Source: an uncultured Desulfobacter sp.
Lineage (GTDB): Bacteria > Desulfobacterota > Desulfobacteria > Desulfobacterales > Desulfobacteraceae
Direction: 5' to 3'
DNA: 64,000 nucleotides
Assembly (NCBI GenBank): GCA_963665095.1
Contig: OY762069.1
Location: forward strand, 5,312,001 to 5,376,000
The notes under the pieces were generated by a model. The model was not told the origin of the DNA. It did no database searches and was given only the letters and a program-made list of their open reading frames with translations. Below, piece by piece: positions 9,810 through 19,458 of the stretch. The translations under genes and the position numbers were made by a program. The stretch's first letter is position 1. Each line of letters starts with the position of its first letter.

Positions 9810-10919
9810 ATGTCCGTATCATCAACAAGCTCTGCAGAAGTTCTTTCCAATCTGTCTTCCAGTTATATATCCACCACAGATGAAGACGAGTCCACTGAAG
9901 AGACCCTGGGCAGGGAGGAGTTTTTAACGCTGCTCGTGGCTCAGCTGGAAAATCAGGACCCCCTTAATCCCCAGGAAGGCACCGATTTTACGGCCCAGCT
10001 GGCCGAATATTCCCAGCTGGAGCAGCTGATGAATCTCAACGATACCATGACCTCCATGACCGATGTTTTTGAAACCAGTTCGGAAAGCGACGGGGTATCC
10101 TATATCGGCAGGGAAGTCACCGGATATATTGATTCTCTGGATGTTTCAGACGGTACTGTTACAAGCGGTTTCTACAATCTGTCTGAAGCAGCTGACGTCA
10201 TTGTTGATATATATGATTCCGACGGAAACAAGGTGACCCGGCTTTATGAGGGACAGATGGCTTCCGGTGGCCATTTGCTTACCTGGGACGGCACGGATAG
10301 TTCAGGGGACTCCGTGGCGGACGGTAAATACACCTACACGGTGCTGGCGGATTACGGTAACGGATACGAAGATGTTGAGACCACAGTGACCGGAACAGTG
10401 GATGGTGTGACCTATAACAACGGTACGGCTTACCTGGTGGTTCAGGGCGTACTGGTCTCCATGGATGATATTACCTCCGTGACTGAATTGACCGGTGAAT
10501 CAGAAACTGAGTCCATCATGGACTATCTGGGCAAAGGCATTAAAACATCATCTCCCATTGTCCTTATTGAAGACGGGGAGGTGTCCGGAGAGGACCTCTC
10601 CTTTGAACTGGAGGATGCAGAAGGGGTGACTGTAAAAATTTACGATGCCTATGATGAGCTGGTGAACACACTCACGCTTGATGCCGACGAGGTGGCCGAG
10701 GGAACCAATACCATTCACTGGAACGGCTACAGCTCATCCGGTAGTATTGTCAGTGACGGGCTTTACTACTACACAGTGCTCACCGACTCCGGTGACTACG
10801 CGTCCACGGATGTATCCGGCGAGGTCGAGTCCATCCGCACGGTGAATTCGGTCCAGTATCTGGTAATTGAAGACAGCGGCCGGCTGGTGGCCCTGTCCAA
10901 TGTGGAAGAAATTTATTAG
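9810..10919 (+). CDS. flgD: Flagellar hook cap FlgD with duplicated C-terminal module
   Basis: LGREEFLTLLVAQLENQDPLNP...AQLAEYSQLEQ N-terminus; two WDG/WNG...DGxYxYTV modules. Confidence 0.93.
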   Translation: MSVSSTSSAEVLSNLSSSYISTTDEDESTEETLGREEFLTLLVAQLENQDPLNPQEGTDFTAQLAEYSQLEQLMNLNDTMTSMTDVFETSSESDGVSYIGREVTGYIDSLDVSDGTVTSGFYNLSEAADVIVDIYDSDGNKVTRLYEGQMASGGHLLTWDGTDSSGDSVADGKYTYTVLADYGNGYEDVETTVTGTVDGVTYNNGTAYLVVQGVLVSMDDITSVTELTGESETESIMDYLGKGIKTSSPIVLIEDGEVSGEDLSFELEDAEGVTVKIYDAYDELVNTLTLDADEVAEGTNTIHWNGYSSSGSIVSDGLYYYTVLTDSGDYASTDVSGEVESIRTVNSVQYLVIEDSGRLVALSNVEEIY

Positions 10920-10988
10920 CAAAAATAAGCTGGTTGTCCTGATGTAAGGGCCCCCGCAGTAACATAACGATCTTAAGGAGAATTAAAC

Positions 10989-13769
10989 ATGTCATTATCG
11001 AGCTCACTTTATACAGGGACAAGTGGACTGAAAAACATGGGAAACGGTATGCAGGTAGTGGGCAACAATATTGCCAACACCAATACCGTGGGATTTAAAA
11101 GCGGGCGGTCCACCTTTTCCGATACCCTGTATGAAAATGTGGCCACCCAGGCTGGTACGGCCCAGATGGGCCGGGGCATGGCCGTGGGAAGTGTGACCAA
11201 TAATTTTGACCAGGGGTCGTTTGAATCCACCGGCAATACAACGGATCTGTCCATTGGCGGGGATGGCTTCTTCATCGTCCGCCAGAACGGTACAGAAAAT
11301 GATTATTATACAAGGGCCGGTAATTTTTATTTTGATGCGTCAGGCCAGCTGGTGAACCAGGAAGGCTACATTGTCCAGGGCTGGAATCTCGATTCTGAAA
11401 CCGGCGAAGATGTCGGGGCCATCGGCGACCTTGTCCTGGAGGCCTTTACCAGCGCACCCAAGGCCAGTACGGAAATTACCGCCATTACCAACCTGGATGC
11501 CGATGCCATCAGCCAGGCCGTTGTTCTGTCCAATGTATGGGACTCGAGTGCAGATACCTATATCAGCTCTTCAAGCTATGAGTATCAGACCACGGTCAGT
11601 GTGTATGACTCTTTGGGCAGCTCCCATGATATTACGATCTATTATGATAAGAAAAGCGGTACGGAATGGGAATATGTGGTGACCTGCAATCCGGAAGAGG
11701 ATAAGCGCAACCTGGTTCAGGAGACAAACTCTTTAGGGCTTCTGGCCAGGGGGAACATTACATTTTCTGAGAGTTCCGGCGATATTCTGGATCTGACCAT
11801 GGAAGAGTTCACCGGTCGCCTGGGCAATTTTACGGCCAATGGTGTAAACTCCCTGGATGACATTGAGTACAATATTATTGATTATGAATCCATGCCCAAT
11901 GACGGATACGGATTTGAGTTTGAATACGACGGCAGTTCATGGGATTTCGTGGATACCGACGGAGACAATGTCATTACCGCAGCCGATAAGCCGGATAGTT
12001 ACAACACGGCCACCATTATCTATTCCGATGCCACCACCATCCAGATTTCCCTTGACGGGGAAGATGAGGTGGATCTTGAGATCCAGTTGTCCCAGGCTGC
12101 GGTGGCAACCGATTCCCTTGGATTTGACATCAATGCTGAAGAAGACCTGCATATCCAGGGAATTGAAGGCTTAAGCTATTCCGGGGATACAGCCAATGAT
12201 AATACCAGTCTTGCCATCAATGACCCCGGCGTCATGACCCATGATGCCGAAGGCCTTGGCATTGTCTGGAATCCGACAACGGAAACCTGGTACTGGAGCA
12301 ATCCTGAAGTAGCCGATACCGACGGTACTTTGGTGGGAGATGTGACCTTTGACGGCGTGGACCAGACGGCAGCCACAGTTGTCAACGTAACCAGTGCCAC
12401 CGCTTTTGATATGGTGTCTGACGACGTCACCCTGATGGTAGACTACCGGACCAATGAGTGGGACTGGAACATGCCCATTAAAGAGGATGATTTTGCAGAT
12501 GAGGTGTTTGATTTTTCTCCTACCAATAATCCCACATTGAGTATTATTACTGTCGGTTCCCAAGGGGCTGTGGCCTCCCTTGACGCTGCGGGCAACCCCA
12601 CAACAATTACACTGGCATGGGACGGCGCCTCCTGGGTCCCCAGTGCCGGCGGTGGACAGACTCAGATTGTTATTGACGCAACCAATAGCGATGATTCGCA
12701 GGTGCAATTTTATCTCTGGGAGGCGGATGGTTCCGGCACCACGTCCGCAGGAGCCTCAGTAATCCGCTATACCTTTGCGTCGAGCCTGAGCACGGCAGGT
12801 GGAGACAGCCTCACTTTCTCCATTGATCCAACACCTCCCGAGGAGTATCCGGAAGCAGTTCTCTCCACATCCGGTGCCACTACATCCGGCATCGCCATTG
12901 ACTGGAACAACGATGCCACCATGGATATGCAGCTCACCCCCTCTGCCAACGGCACCACTACGCTGGCTGCCGGCCTTACCGCTGTCTTTGATATTGATCC
13001 CAATGTCCCGCCGGAAGAGTATCCCGATGCCACGCTGACCGGAGACCAGACCAAGGTGGTCATTGACCTGGATGATTCCGGCTCCGGGTCTGACGACGAC
13101 ATCGTCTTTACCTTTGAGGATGATCTTAAATACGGCACCAGTACCGATCCCTATGATGACAGAAGTGTCATACACTTTGATATTTTAGGCTCTACTGCAT
13201 GGACCAGCATGGCAGATTCAGATCTGACTACGGACGGTTATTTCAGCTTTATTGCCGATTTTCTGGGTGGCGAATACGGCAGTACGGAGATGGATATCAA
13301 GCTGGATCTTGGCTCCTCCTATGACGGGAACAACTGGATCAACGATTCTTTATCCACCACCCAGTACTCCAAATCCTCATCCACCACCTACCAGGATGCG
13401 GACGGGTATACGGCCGGTGATCTAGAAGGCGTTGATGTGGCCTCCGACGGTACCATGACCGGCTCTTACTCCAACGGGCAGCTCATCCCGCTGTTCCGGG
13501 TGGGGCTTGCCAAATTTTATAATAACTATGGGCTTTATGCCGAGGGCGGTAACCTGTTTTCAGAAACCAATGAAAGCGGTCAGGCCATCACCAACAAGCC
13601 GGGTGAAAACGGTCTTGGCACGATTTCTCCCAACTCCCTTGAGATGTCCAACGTGGATATTGCCGATCAGCTGGTAAAGATGATTGAGATCCAGAGGGGG
13701 TATCAGGGCAACTCCAAGACCATTACTACGGTGGATGAGATGTTACAGACGGTCATCAACATGAAGTAA
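10989..13769 (+). CDS. flgE: Flagellar hook protein FlgE, unusually long (926 aa)
   Basis: GNNIANTNTVGFK, DLSIGGDGFF, YTRAGNF and C-terminal LEMSNVDIA...QRGYQGNSKTI. Confidence 0.95.
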   Translation: MSLSSSLYTGTSGLKNMGNGMQVVGNNIANTNTVGFKSGRSTFSDTLYENVATQAGTAQMGRGMAVGSVTNNFDQGSFESTGNTTDLSIGGDGFFIVRQNGTENDYYTRAGNFYFDASGQLVNQEGYIVQGWNLDSETGEDVGAIGDLVLEAFTSAPKASTEITAITNLDADAISQAVVLSNVWDSSADTYISSSSYEYQTTVSVYDSLGSSHDITIYYDKKSGTEWEYVVTCNPEEDKRNLVQETNSLGLLARGNITFSESSGDILDLTMEEFTGRLGNFTANGVNSLDDIEYNIIDYESMPNDGYGFEFEYDGSSWDFVDTDGDNVITAADKPDSYNTATIIYSDATTIQISLDGEDEVDLEIQLSQAAVATDSLGFDINAEEDLHIQGIEGLSYSGDTANDNTSLAINDPGVMTHDAEGLGIVWNPTTETWYWSNPEVADTDGTLVGDVTFDGVDQTAATVVNVTSATAFDMVSDDVTLMVDYRTNEWDWNMPIKEDDFADEVFDFSPTNNPTLSIITVGSQGAVASLDAAGNPTTITLAWDGASWVPSAGGGQTQIVIDATNSDDSQVQFYLWEADGSGTTSAGASVIRYTFASSLSTAGGDSLTFSIDPTPPEEYPEAVLSTSGATTSGIAIDWNNDATMDMQLTPSANGTTTLAAGLTAVFDIDPNVPPEEYPDATLTGDQTKVVIDLDDSGSGSDDDIVFTFEDDLKYGTSTDPYDDRSVIHFDILGSTAWTSMADSDLTTDGYFSFIADFLGGEYGSTEMDIKLDLGSSYDGNNWINDSLSTTQYSKSSSTTYQDADGYTAGDLEGVDVASDGTMTGSYSNGQLIPLFRVGLAKFYNNYGLYAEGGNLFSETNESGQAITNKPGENGLGTISPNSLEMSNVDIADQLVKMIEIQRGYQGNSKTITTVDEMLQTVINMK

Positions 13770-13779
13770 TTTTCTGATT

Positions 13780-13799
13780 TGCGTCAAAACATTGACGCA
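13780..13799. promoter_or_regulatory. Palindrome TGCGTCAA-N4-TTGACGCA, candidate FleQ/FlrA-type enhancer for the fliL promoter
   Basis: Perfect 8-bp arms; core GTCA-N6-TGAC about 170 bp upstream of a sigma54 element. Confidence 0.55.
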
Positions 13800-13824
13800 G
13801 CATGAGTGGAAGTGACGTTTTTAC

Positions 13825-13858
13825 ACCGGGAGCCCTGAAGAAGGGTTCCCGGTTTTTT
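13825..13858 (+). terminator. Intrinsic terminator after flgE
   Basis: ACCGGGAGCCCT-gaaga-AGGGTTCCCGGT hairpin followed by a T run. Confidence 0.85.
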
Positions 13859-13967
13859 GTCCGGTTCTCTTTTTTATAAATGGTTTTACAAGTCTGCCCT
13901 GTGTTTTCTATAATCTTATTCTGTAATCAGACTGTTTCCCCGTTTAATCAATAAAAGACAATCATGC

Positions 13968-13983
13968 TGGCATAAGGCTTGCT
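13968..13983 (+). promoter_or_regulatory. sigma54 promoter of the fliL-fliA operon
   Basis: TGGCATAAGGCTTGCT (GG-N10-GC). Confidence 0.85.
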
Positions 13984-14080
13984 AATATTCTTGACGTAGT
14001 TCGTTGAATCATGACATTCGCAAAACAGCCCGGAAGGGGCTGTGGGGTCAATGAGCAAAATCGAGGCGTTTGGAGGTGTC

Positions 14081-14674
14081 ATGGCTGAGGATGATATGCT
14101 GGAAGAAATGGAGCGAGATGGATCCGGTAATTCTCCGGAACCGGGTGATGCAGCAGGTAAAAAAGGTTTCCTGGGCAAACTCATGTCGGGAAAGAAAAAG
14201 CTGATCATCATTATTCTGGCTGCTCTATTGTTTCTTGGCGGAACGGGAGCAGGGGTATATATCTTTTTTTTCGGTGGAGAAGAAGAACCTCCCCCTGAGC
14301 AGGCAACCGAAGAGACCGTCACTGAAGAGAGCATTCAGGCTGCTCTGGAAGAACAGAGCAAGGCTATTTTTGAGGATATTGTGATGTTGGAGCCCTTTGA
14401 GCAGATTGCCTTAAAAGCCGGGTCGTACATGCACTTTATCAGTCTGGGCATCAGTCTGGAAATGATGGATCCGGGATTCAGAAGGCAAGTGTATACCATG
14501 GAACCCAGGATCCGGAAAATTATTGAAAATCAGGTTCGGCAAATGAGTTGGGCAGACTTGAGATCCGCCAAAGGGAAACTTGAATTAAAATTTATGTTAT
14601 TAAGCCGGATAAACAACCTATTTCCCAAAGCAGCCATAAGACATATTTATTTTTCTAATTTTATAATGCAGTGA
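14081..14674 (+). CDS. fliL: Flagellar basal-body-associated protein FliL
   Basis: GGAGG RBS before ATG 14081; KKKLIIIILAALL TM segment; C-terminal GKLELK...INN...IYFSNFIMQ; upstream of fliM. Confidence 0.9.
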   Translation: MAEDDMLEEMERDGSGNSPEPGDAAGKKGFLGKLMSGKKKLIIIILAALLFLGGTGAGVYIFFFGGEEEPPPEQATEETVTEESIQAALEEQSKAIFEDIVMLEPFEQIALKAGSYMHFISLGISLEMMDPGFRRQVYTMEPRIRKIIENQVRQMSWADLRSAKGKLELKFMLLSRINNLFPKAAIRHIYFSNFIMQ

Positions 14675-14681
14675 TGGTGCC

Positions 14682-15680
14682 ATGAGTGAAATTCTATCCC
14701 AGGACGAGGTCGACAGTCTACTTGACGGACTGGATTCCGGAGAAGTAGAAACCGAGACTGATGTACCGGAGATTGTCGAAGAGCCGGTTGAAGGGGTTGT
14801 TGCCTATGATTTCACCAGTCAGGACAAGGTGGTCAGGGCAAGAATGCCCACCTTTGACGTGATTAATGAGCGCCTGTCCAGGGAAGTCCGGGCAACGTTG
14901 TCCTCTCTTTTGCAGACCAACGTGGATGTTTCAGCCAACCCCTTTGATACCCTTAAATTTTCCGAGTTTGTCCGAAGTCTGCCAGTGCCCACCAGTCTGC
15001 ACGTATTCAGGATGGAGCCCTTAAGGGGGCATGGGCTGGTGGTATTTGAAAGCCAGTTGGTCTACAACCTGATAGACACCTTTTTTGGTGGAGAAGCCCT
15101 GGGCAAGGCCCGGGTGGAAGGCCGGGAATTTACCACCATTGAAGAGGTAATGATAAAAAAAGCCGTGGTGGCAGTGCTTAAGAATATCGAGGCCTCCTGG
15201 GTTCCAATAGAGCCGGTCAAGGCATCATTGATCCGGTCGGAGATGAATCCGCAGTTCACGGCCATTGTTCTGCCCACAGATCTGGTTATCGTCACCCGGT
15301 TTGAGATCGAACTGGAGCAGTCTGCGGGCAACCTTGTAGTCTGCTATCCCTATTCCATGATTGAACCCATGCGCAACAAGCTCTCCTCCGGTGTCCAGGC
15401 TGAAATTGAAGAGATTGATTACAACTGGCGGCGGATGATTGAAGATGTGATTGTCAATTCCGATGTTGAGTTAAGAATTCTTCTGGGGAAAACCGAGATT
15501 ACCGGTGAAAAGCTTCTCTATATGCAGCCTGGGGATGTGATTCAGCTGGATAATGATGCATCTGAGCCATTGCCCTGTTTTATCGGCGGGCTGGTGAAAC
15601 TGACAGGTTTCATCGGTGTTCAAAGGGGATTTCAGGCATTTAAAATCAAAGATAAAATTATAACTGATTGTGAGGGATAG
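14682..15680 (+). CDS. fliM: Flagellar motor switch protein FliM
   Basis: MSEILSQDEVDSLL N-terminus, YDF, GREFTTIE, RSEMNPQF. Confidence 0.97.
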   Translation: MSEILSQDEVDSLLDGLDSGEVETETDVPEIVEEPVEGVVAYDFTSQDKVVRARMPTFDVINERLSREVRATLSSLLQTNVDVSANPFDTLKFSEFVRSLPVPTSLHVFRMEPLRGHGLVVFESQLVYNLIDTFFGGEALGKARVEGREFTTIEEVMIKKAVVAVLKNIEASWVPIEPVKASLIRSEMNPQFTAIVLPTDLVIVTRFEIELEQSAGNLVVCYPYSMIEPMRNKLSSGVQAEIEEIDYNWRRMIEDVIVNSDVELRILLGKTEITGEKLLYMQPGDVIQLDNDASEPLPCFIGGLVKLTGFIGVQRGFQAFKIKDKIITDCEG

Positions 15681-15682
15681 AC

Positions 15683-16027
15683 ATGGTTGATGAAGACGAC
15701 ATTATAAATGAGGATTCCGACCTTGAGTCTGAAAATCTGGAGGAGGAGCGCGGTGCAAGGGAACTGGATTTTATTCTGGATATCCCTCTGGAGCTGTCCG
15801 TGGAGCTGGGCAAAACCAGAATGCTGGTTAATGACCTGCTGCAACTGGCCCAGGGTTCCATCATTGAGCTGAACAAGCTGGCAGGTGAACCCTTGGAAGT
15901 TTACATTAACCGCAAACTCATTGCCAGAGGTGAGGTTGTGGTGGTGAATGAAAAGTTCGGGGTGCGTCTCACCGATGTCATCACGCCCATTGACCGCGTC
16001 AAATCCCTGGCTGCCGAGGAGCAATGA
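15683..16027 (+). CDS. fliN: Flagellar motor switch protein FliN
   Basis: LDFILDIPLELSVELG...IARGEVVVVNEKFGVRLT. Confidence 0.97.
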   Translation: MVDEDDIINEDSDLESENLEEERGARELDFILDIPLELSVELGKTRMLVNDLLQLAQGSIIELNKLAGEPLEVYINRKLIARGEVVVVNEKFGVRLTDVITPIDRVKSLAAEEQ

Positions 16028-16455
16028 ACCCCTCTGCAGATATATGGGTGGAGTTTGCCAAAAGTTTTGGCATGCTCTTTGCCGTTCTGGCATTTTTCCT
16101 TTTGGGGCTTTACCTGGTACGCCGTTTTTCCGGCCGGATAGGGGCCAAAGGATCGGCCGGTCTTATCCAGGTGCTGTCTGTTCACCATCTCTCCCCGAAA
16201 GAGAAGCTGGTGCTGGTGACTGTCCAGGAAAAAACCGTGCTGATCGGGGTTTCCCCGGCGGGGATCTCACGTATTGAGGGATTTGAGAGGGCTGTTGAGA
16301 CAGGCCCTGTACAAAAATCTGCAGTCGGCGGTTTTCAGCATCTGCTTAAAAAAACACTGGTGAAAGAGGGGAAAAATGCCATCTCCCTGCGGGAAAGCCG
16401 CCTTTCCGGTTCAGGTGCCGGCCCGGATAAACCGGATAAAGGGGAGGTGTCATGA
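16024..16455 (+). CDS. fliO: Flagellar biosynthesis protein FliO
   Basis: One TM segment then LSPKEKLVLV...LIGVS; lies between fliN and fliP. Confidence 0.88.
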   Translation: MNPSADIWVEFAKSFGMLFAVLAFFLLGLYLVRRFSGRIGAKGSAGLIQVLSVHHLSPKEKLVLVTVQEKTVLIGVSPAGISRIEGFERAVETGPVQKSAVGGFQHLLKKTLVKEGKNAISLRESRLSGSGAGPDKPDKGEVS

Positions 16456-17228
16456 TCCGGCATGGTTCCCTTTCCAGATGGGCCGGATACACGTTTCTGG
16501 CCGTGGTGCTGGTGATAATCTGTACGGATATTGCCGGTGCGGTTACTTTTCCCATTCCGTCCCTGAAACTTGATGTGACGACGGCCACCGAGCCTGAAGA
16601 GGTGGCAGTGGTCCTTGAGATTATAGCCCTTTTAACCATCATAGCCCTGGCGCCGGCTATTTTGATCCTTATGACCCCTTTTACCCGTCTGGTGGTGGTG
16701 CTGCACTTCCTGCGCCAGGCCATCGGCACCCAGTCAAGTCCCCCCAATCAGGTGATTATCGGCCTTTCGCTGTTCATGACCTTTTTTATTATCCGTCCTG
16801 TGGCCCAGGAGGTGTATGACAGGGCCTTAAATCCATATCTTGAACGTCAGATATCCTATGAAACCGCCTTTGAAGAGGCCCAGAAGCCCATACGCAAGTT
16901 TTTACTGCTGAATACAAGGGAAGCGGATATCGCCCTGTTTGTCAAAGAAGCGGGTATGAAAAAACCTGAAACCCGGGATGATGTGTCGTTGCTGGCCCTG
17001 ATCCCGGCCTATGTGATTTCTGAGCTTAAAACCGCGTTTATCGTGGGTTTTATTCTGTATATCCCATTTCTTGTCATTGATATGGTGGTGGCCTCGGTGC
17101 TCCTGGCCATGGGGATGATGATGTTGCCACCCGTAATGATTTCCCTGCCTTTTAAGCTCATGCTGTTTGTGCTTGTGGACGGCTGGCATATGATTGCCGG
17201 TTCTATGATTAAAAGTTTCGGAGTATAG
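16452..17228 (+). CDS. fliP: Flagellar export gate FliP
   Basis: MTPFTRLVVVL, PPNQV, LGMMMLPP-like MGMMMLPPVMISLPFKLMLFVLVDGW. Confidence 0.97.
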   Translation: MIRHGSLSRWAGYTFLAVVLVIICTDIAGAVTFPIPSLKLDVTTATEPEEVAVVLEIIALLTIIALAPAILILMTPFTRLVVVLHFLRQAIGTQSSPPNQVIIGLSLFMTFFIIRPVAQEVYDRALNPYLERQISYETAFEEAQKPIRKFLLLNTREADIALFVKEAGMKKPETRDDVSLLALIPAYVISELKTAFIVGFILYIPFLVIDMVVASVLLAMGMMMLPPVMISLPFKLMLFVLVDGWHMIAGSMIKSFGV

Positions 17229-17230
17229 GT

Positions 17231-17500
17231 ATGACCCCTGAATTCGTTATTGAATTTGCCAAGCAGGCCATTATTCTGACTATTTTACTTTCCATGCCCA
17301 TGCTGGGGTTGGGACTTATTGCAGGACTTGCCATCTCCATTTTCCAGGCCGTCACCCAGATCCAGGAGATGACCCTGACCTTTGTGCCCAAAATCATAGC
17401 TGTTTTTTTAGGGCTGCTGTTTGCCGCGCCCTGGATGATCGAAAAGATGACTACATTCACTGCCAATATTCTTGCCAATATCCCCATGTATATCCGGTGA
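17231..17500 (+). CDS. fliQ: Flagellar export gate FliQ
   Basis: FQAVTQIQEMTLTFVPKI motif. Confidence 0.97.
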   Translation: MTPEFVIEFAKQAIILTILLSMPMLGLGLIAGLAISIFQAVTQIQEMTLTFVPKIIAVFLGLLFAAPWMIEKMTTFTANILANIPMYIR

Positions 17501-17518
17501 CAGTGGTGAGGTGGATTT

Positions 17519-18307
17519 ATGGAACTGCTTGATCTCATTGATCCTGTCCGGTTCAGGACCTTTATGCTGGTGCTGGCACGGGTATCGGTGTTTTTATTCC
17601 TGTTTCCCATTTTTACCTCATCCGTCTTTCCCAACCGGTTGAAAATGGGACTGGTCCTGGTGTTAACCCTGCTGTTTTATACGGTGGTGCCGGTGGATCC
17701 GTCCCGATTCCCCAAAGATGTATGGACCTTTGGGCTGATGCTGGGTGCTGAAGTGCTGGTCGGGTTCTGTCTGGGGCTTTGCCTTCGGATTTTTTTTGCC
17801 GGTGTCCAGCTGGCCGGCCAGGTGATCGGTTTTCAGATCGGATTTGCCATGATTAATGTCATGGACCCCCAGAGCGGGGAGAATGTGTCTGTCATGGATC
17901 AGATCGGTTACTGGGTGTGTATAACTATATTTCTGGTGCTCAACGGACATCATATCATTATCATGTCCATGATCGACAGTTTTGAACTGGTGCCTGTGGG
18001 CGGATTTGTCATGCACCCGGCACTGATGCCAAAAATCATTGACGTGGGCGCAGGGCTGTTTGTGGCGGCTGTCAAGATCAGCGCCCCGGTCATTGCCACC
18101 CTGACCTTTGTCAATACAGGCTTCGGGTTGATTTCAAAGTTTTCCCCACAGATGAATGTCATGATAGTCGCGTTTCCGGTGAAGATAGCCGCAGGGCTGT
18201 TTTTTTTCGCACTCACCCTGCCCATCATCGCCATTGTCACCCGGGATTACCTTGAACCGTGCCGGAAACTTTTTCTGGCACTGTTATTTTATATAGGCGG
18301 AGGATAA
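17519..18307 (+). CDS. fliR: Flagellar export gate FliR
   Basis: AGQVIGFQIGF, NGHH and PQMNVMIVAFPVK motifs. Confidence 0.96.
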   Translation: MELLDLIDPVRFRTFMLVLARVSVFLFLFPIFTSSVFPNRLKMGLVLVLTLLFYTVVPVDPSRFPKDVWTFGLMLGAEVLVGFCLGLCLRIFFAGVQLAGQVIGFQIGFAMINVMDPQSGENVSVMDQIGYWVCITIFLVLNGHHIIIMSMIDSFELVPVGGFVMHPALMPKIIDVGAGLFVAAVKISAPVIATLTFVNTGFGLISKFSPQMNVMIVAFPVKIAAGLFFFALTLPIIAIVTRDYLEPCRKLFLALLFYIGGG

Positions 18308-18310
18308 AAT

Positions 18311-19387
18311 ATGGCCGAAGATCCTGAGAGCGGCGGCGAGAAAACCGAGGACGCATCGTCGCGAAAGCTCGACAAGGCAAGGGAGGAAGGCCAGGTTGCC
18401 AAAAGTGTTGAAATTCCTTCGGTCTTTGTCTTGTTGGGCGGTGTCACAGCATTGTATGCAACGGCTTTTTTTATTTATAATAATTGCGTGGAAGTGTTTC
18501 ACTTTGATTTCAGATTTGCAAGGGTTCCGGAACTGACGGCCCTGGATCTGATCCCGCTGATGGGTTTCCACTTTAAGAAAATGTTTTTTATGTGTCTGCC
18601 CGTATTTGTGGCCGTGTACGTGGTGGCGCTGATATCCAATATCGCCCAGGTGGGGTTTCACGCCTCCTGGAAGGCCCTGGAGCCCAAGCTTGGAAAGCTG
18701 AATCCCATCAACGGGTTCAAGCAGAAATTTACCTCCCGGGCCGTGATTGAATTTGTGAAATCATTGTTGAAGATCGCGGTGATTTCCCTGGTATGTTATC
18801 TGGCGGCTAAAGCTGCCCTCAACAGGATTCTGACGCTGTATGACAATACCGTTGCCCAGATTCTGTTGTTTTTTCTCATTGAATCTTTCTGGATATTTAT
18901 CAAGGTATGTCTGGTGATGATTGTCGTGGCCATCCTGGACTACGCCTATCAGAAATGGAAATTTTTAGAAGACCAGAAAATGACCAAAAAAGAGGTCAAG
19001 GATGAGCGCAAGCAGACAGAGGGTGATCCGGCTGTTAAATCCCGTATCCGCCAGCTGCAGGTGGCAGCGGCCAGAAAACGCATGATGGCCGCCGTACCCG
19101 AGGCCGATGTGGTGGTGACCAACCCAACCCGTCTGGCAGTGGCCCTTCAGTACGATAATTCAAAGATGGATGCGCCCATGGTAGTGGCCAAGGGTGCCGG
19201 TGCAGTGGCAGCCAATATCCGGAAAATTGCCAGGGAAAATGATGTGCCGCTGGTGGAAGATAAAGTATTGGCCCGGAATTTGTATAAAGCAGTAGATATC
19301 GGGCAGCAGGTTCCCTTTGAACACTACCAGGCTGTTGCGGAACTGCTGGCCTACGTGTACCGGCTTAAGAACGGCCAGACCGGTTAA
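18311..19387 (+). CDS. flhB: Flagellar export protein FlhB
   Basis: EKTED...KAREEGQVAKS, KMTKKEVKDERKQTEGDP, VVTNPTRLAVALQY. Confidence 0.97.
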   Translation: MAEDPESGGEKTEDASSRKLDKAREEGQVAKSVEIPSVFVLLGGVTALYATAFFIYNNCVEVFHFDFRFARVPELTALDLIPLMGFHFKKMFFMCLPVFVAVYVVALISNIAQVGFHASWKALEPKLGKLNPINGFKQKFTSRAVIEFVKSLLKIAVISLVCYLAAKAALNRILTLYDNTVAQILLFFLIESFWIFIKVCLVMIVVAILDYAYQKWKFLEDQKMTKKEVKDERKQTEGDPAVKSRIRQLQVAAARKRMMAAVPEADVVVTNPTRLAVALQYDNSKMDAPMVVAKGAGAVAANIRKIARENDVPLVEDKVLARNLYKAVDIGQQVPFEHYQAVAELLAYVYRLKNGQTG

Positions 19388-19458
19388 GGTTTTTAAAATG
19401 GGTCTCGGACAGTCAATTTTTTGGCATCTGATGTCAAAAAACTAAACAAGGAGGATAA

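Noticed and set aside
19269..19284. Possible internal sigma54 promoter for flhA inside flhB (TGGCCCGGAATTTGTA)
   Set aside because: The -12 element is GT rather than GC and the site encodes the conserved LARxLY peptide; too weak to call.
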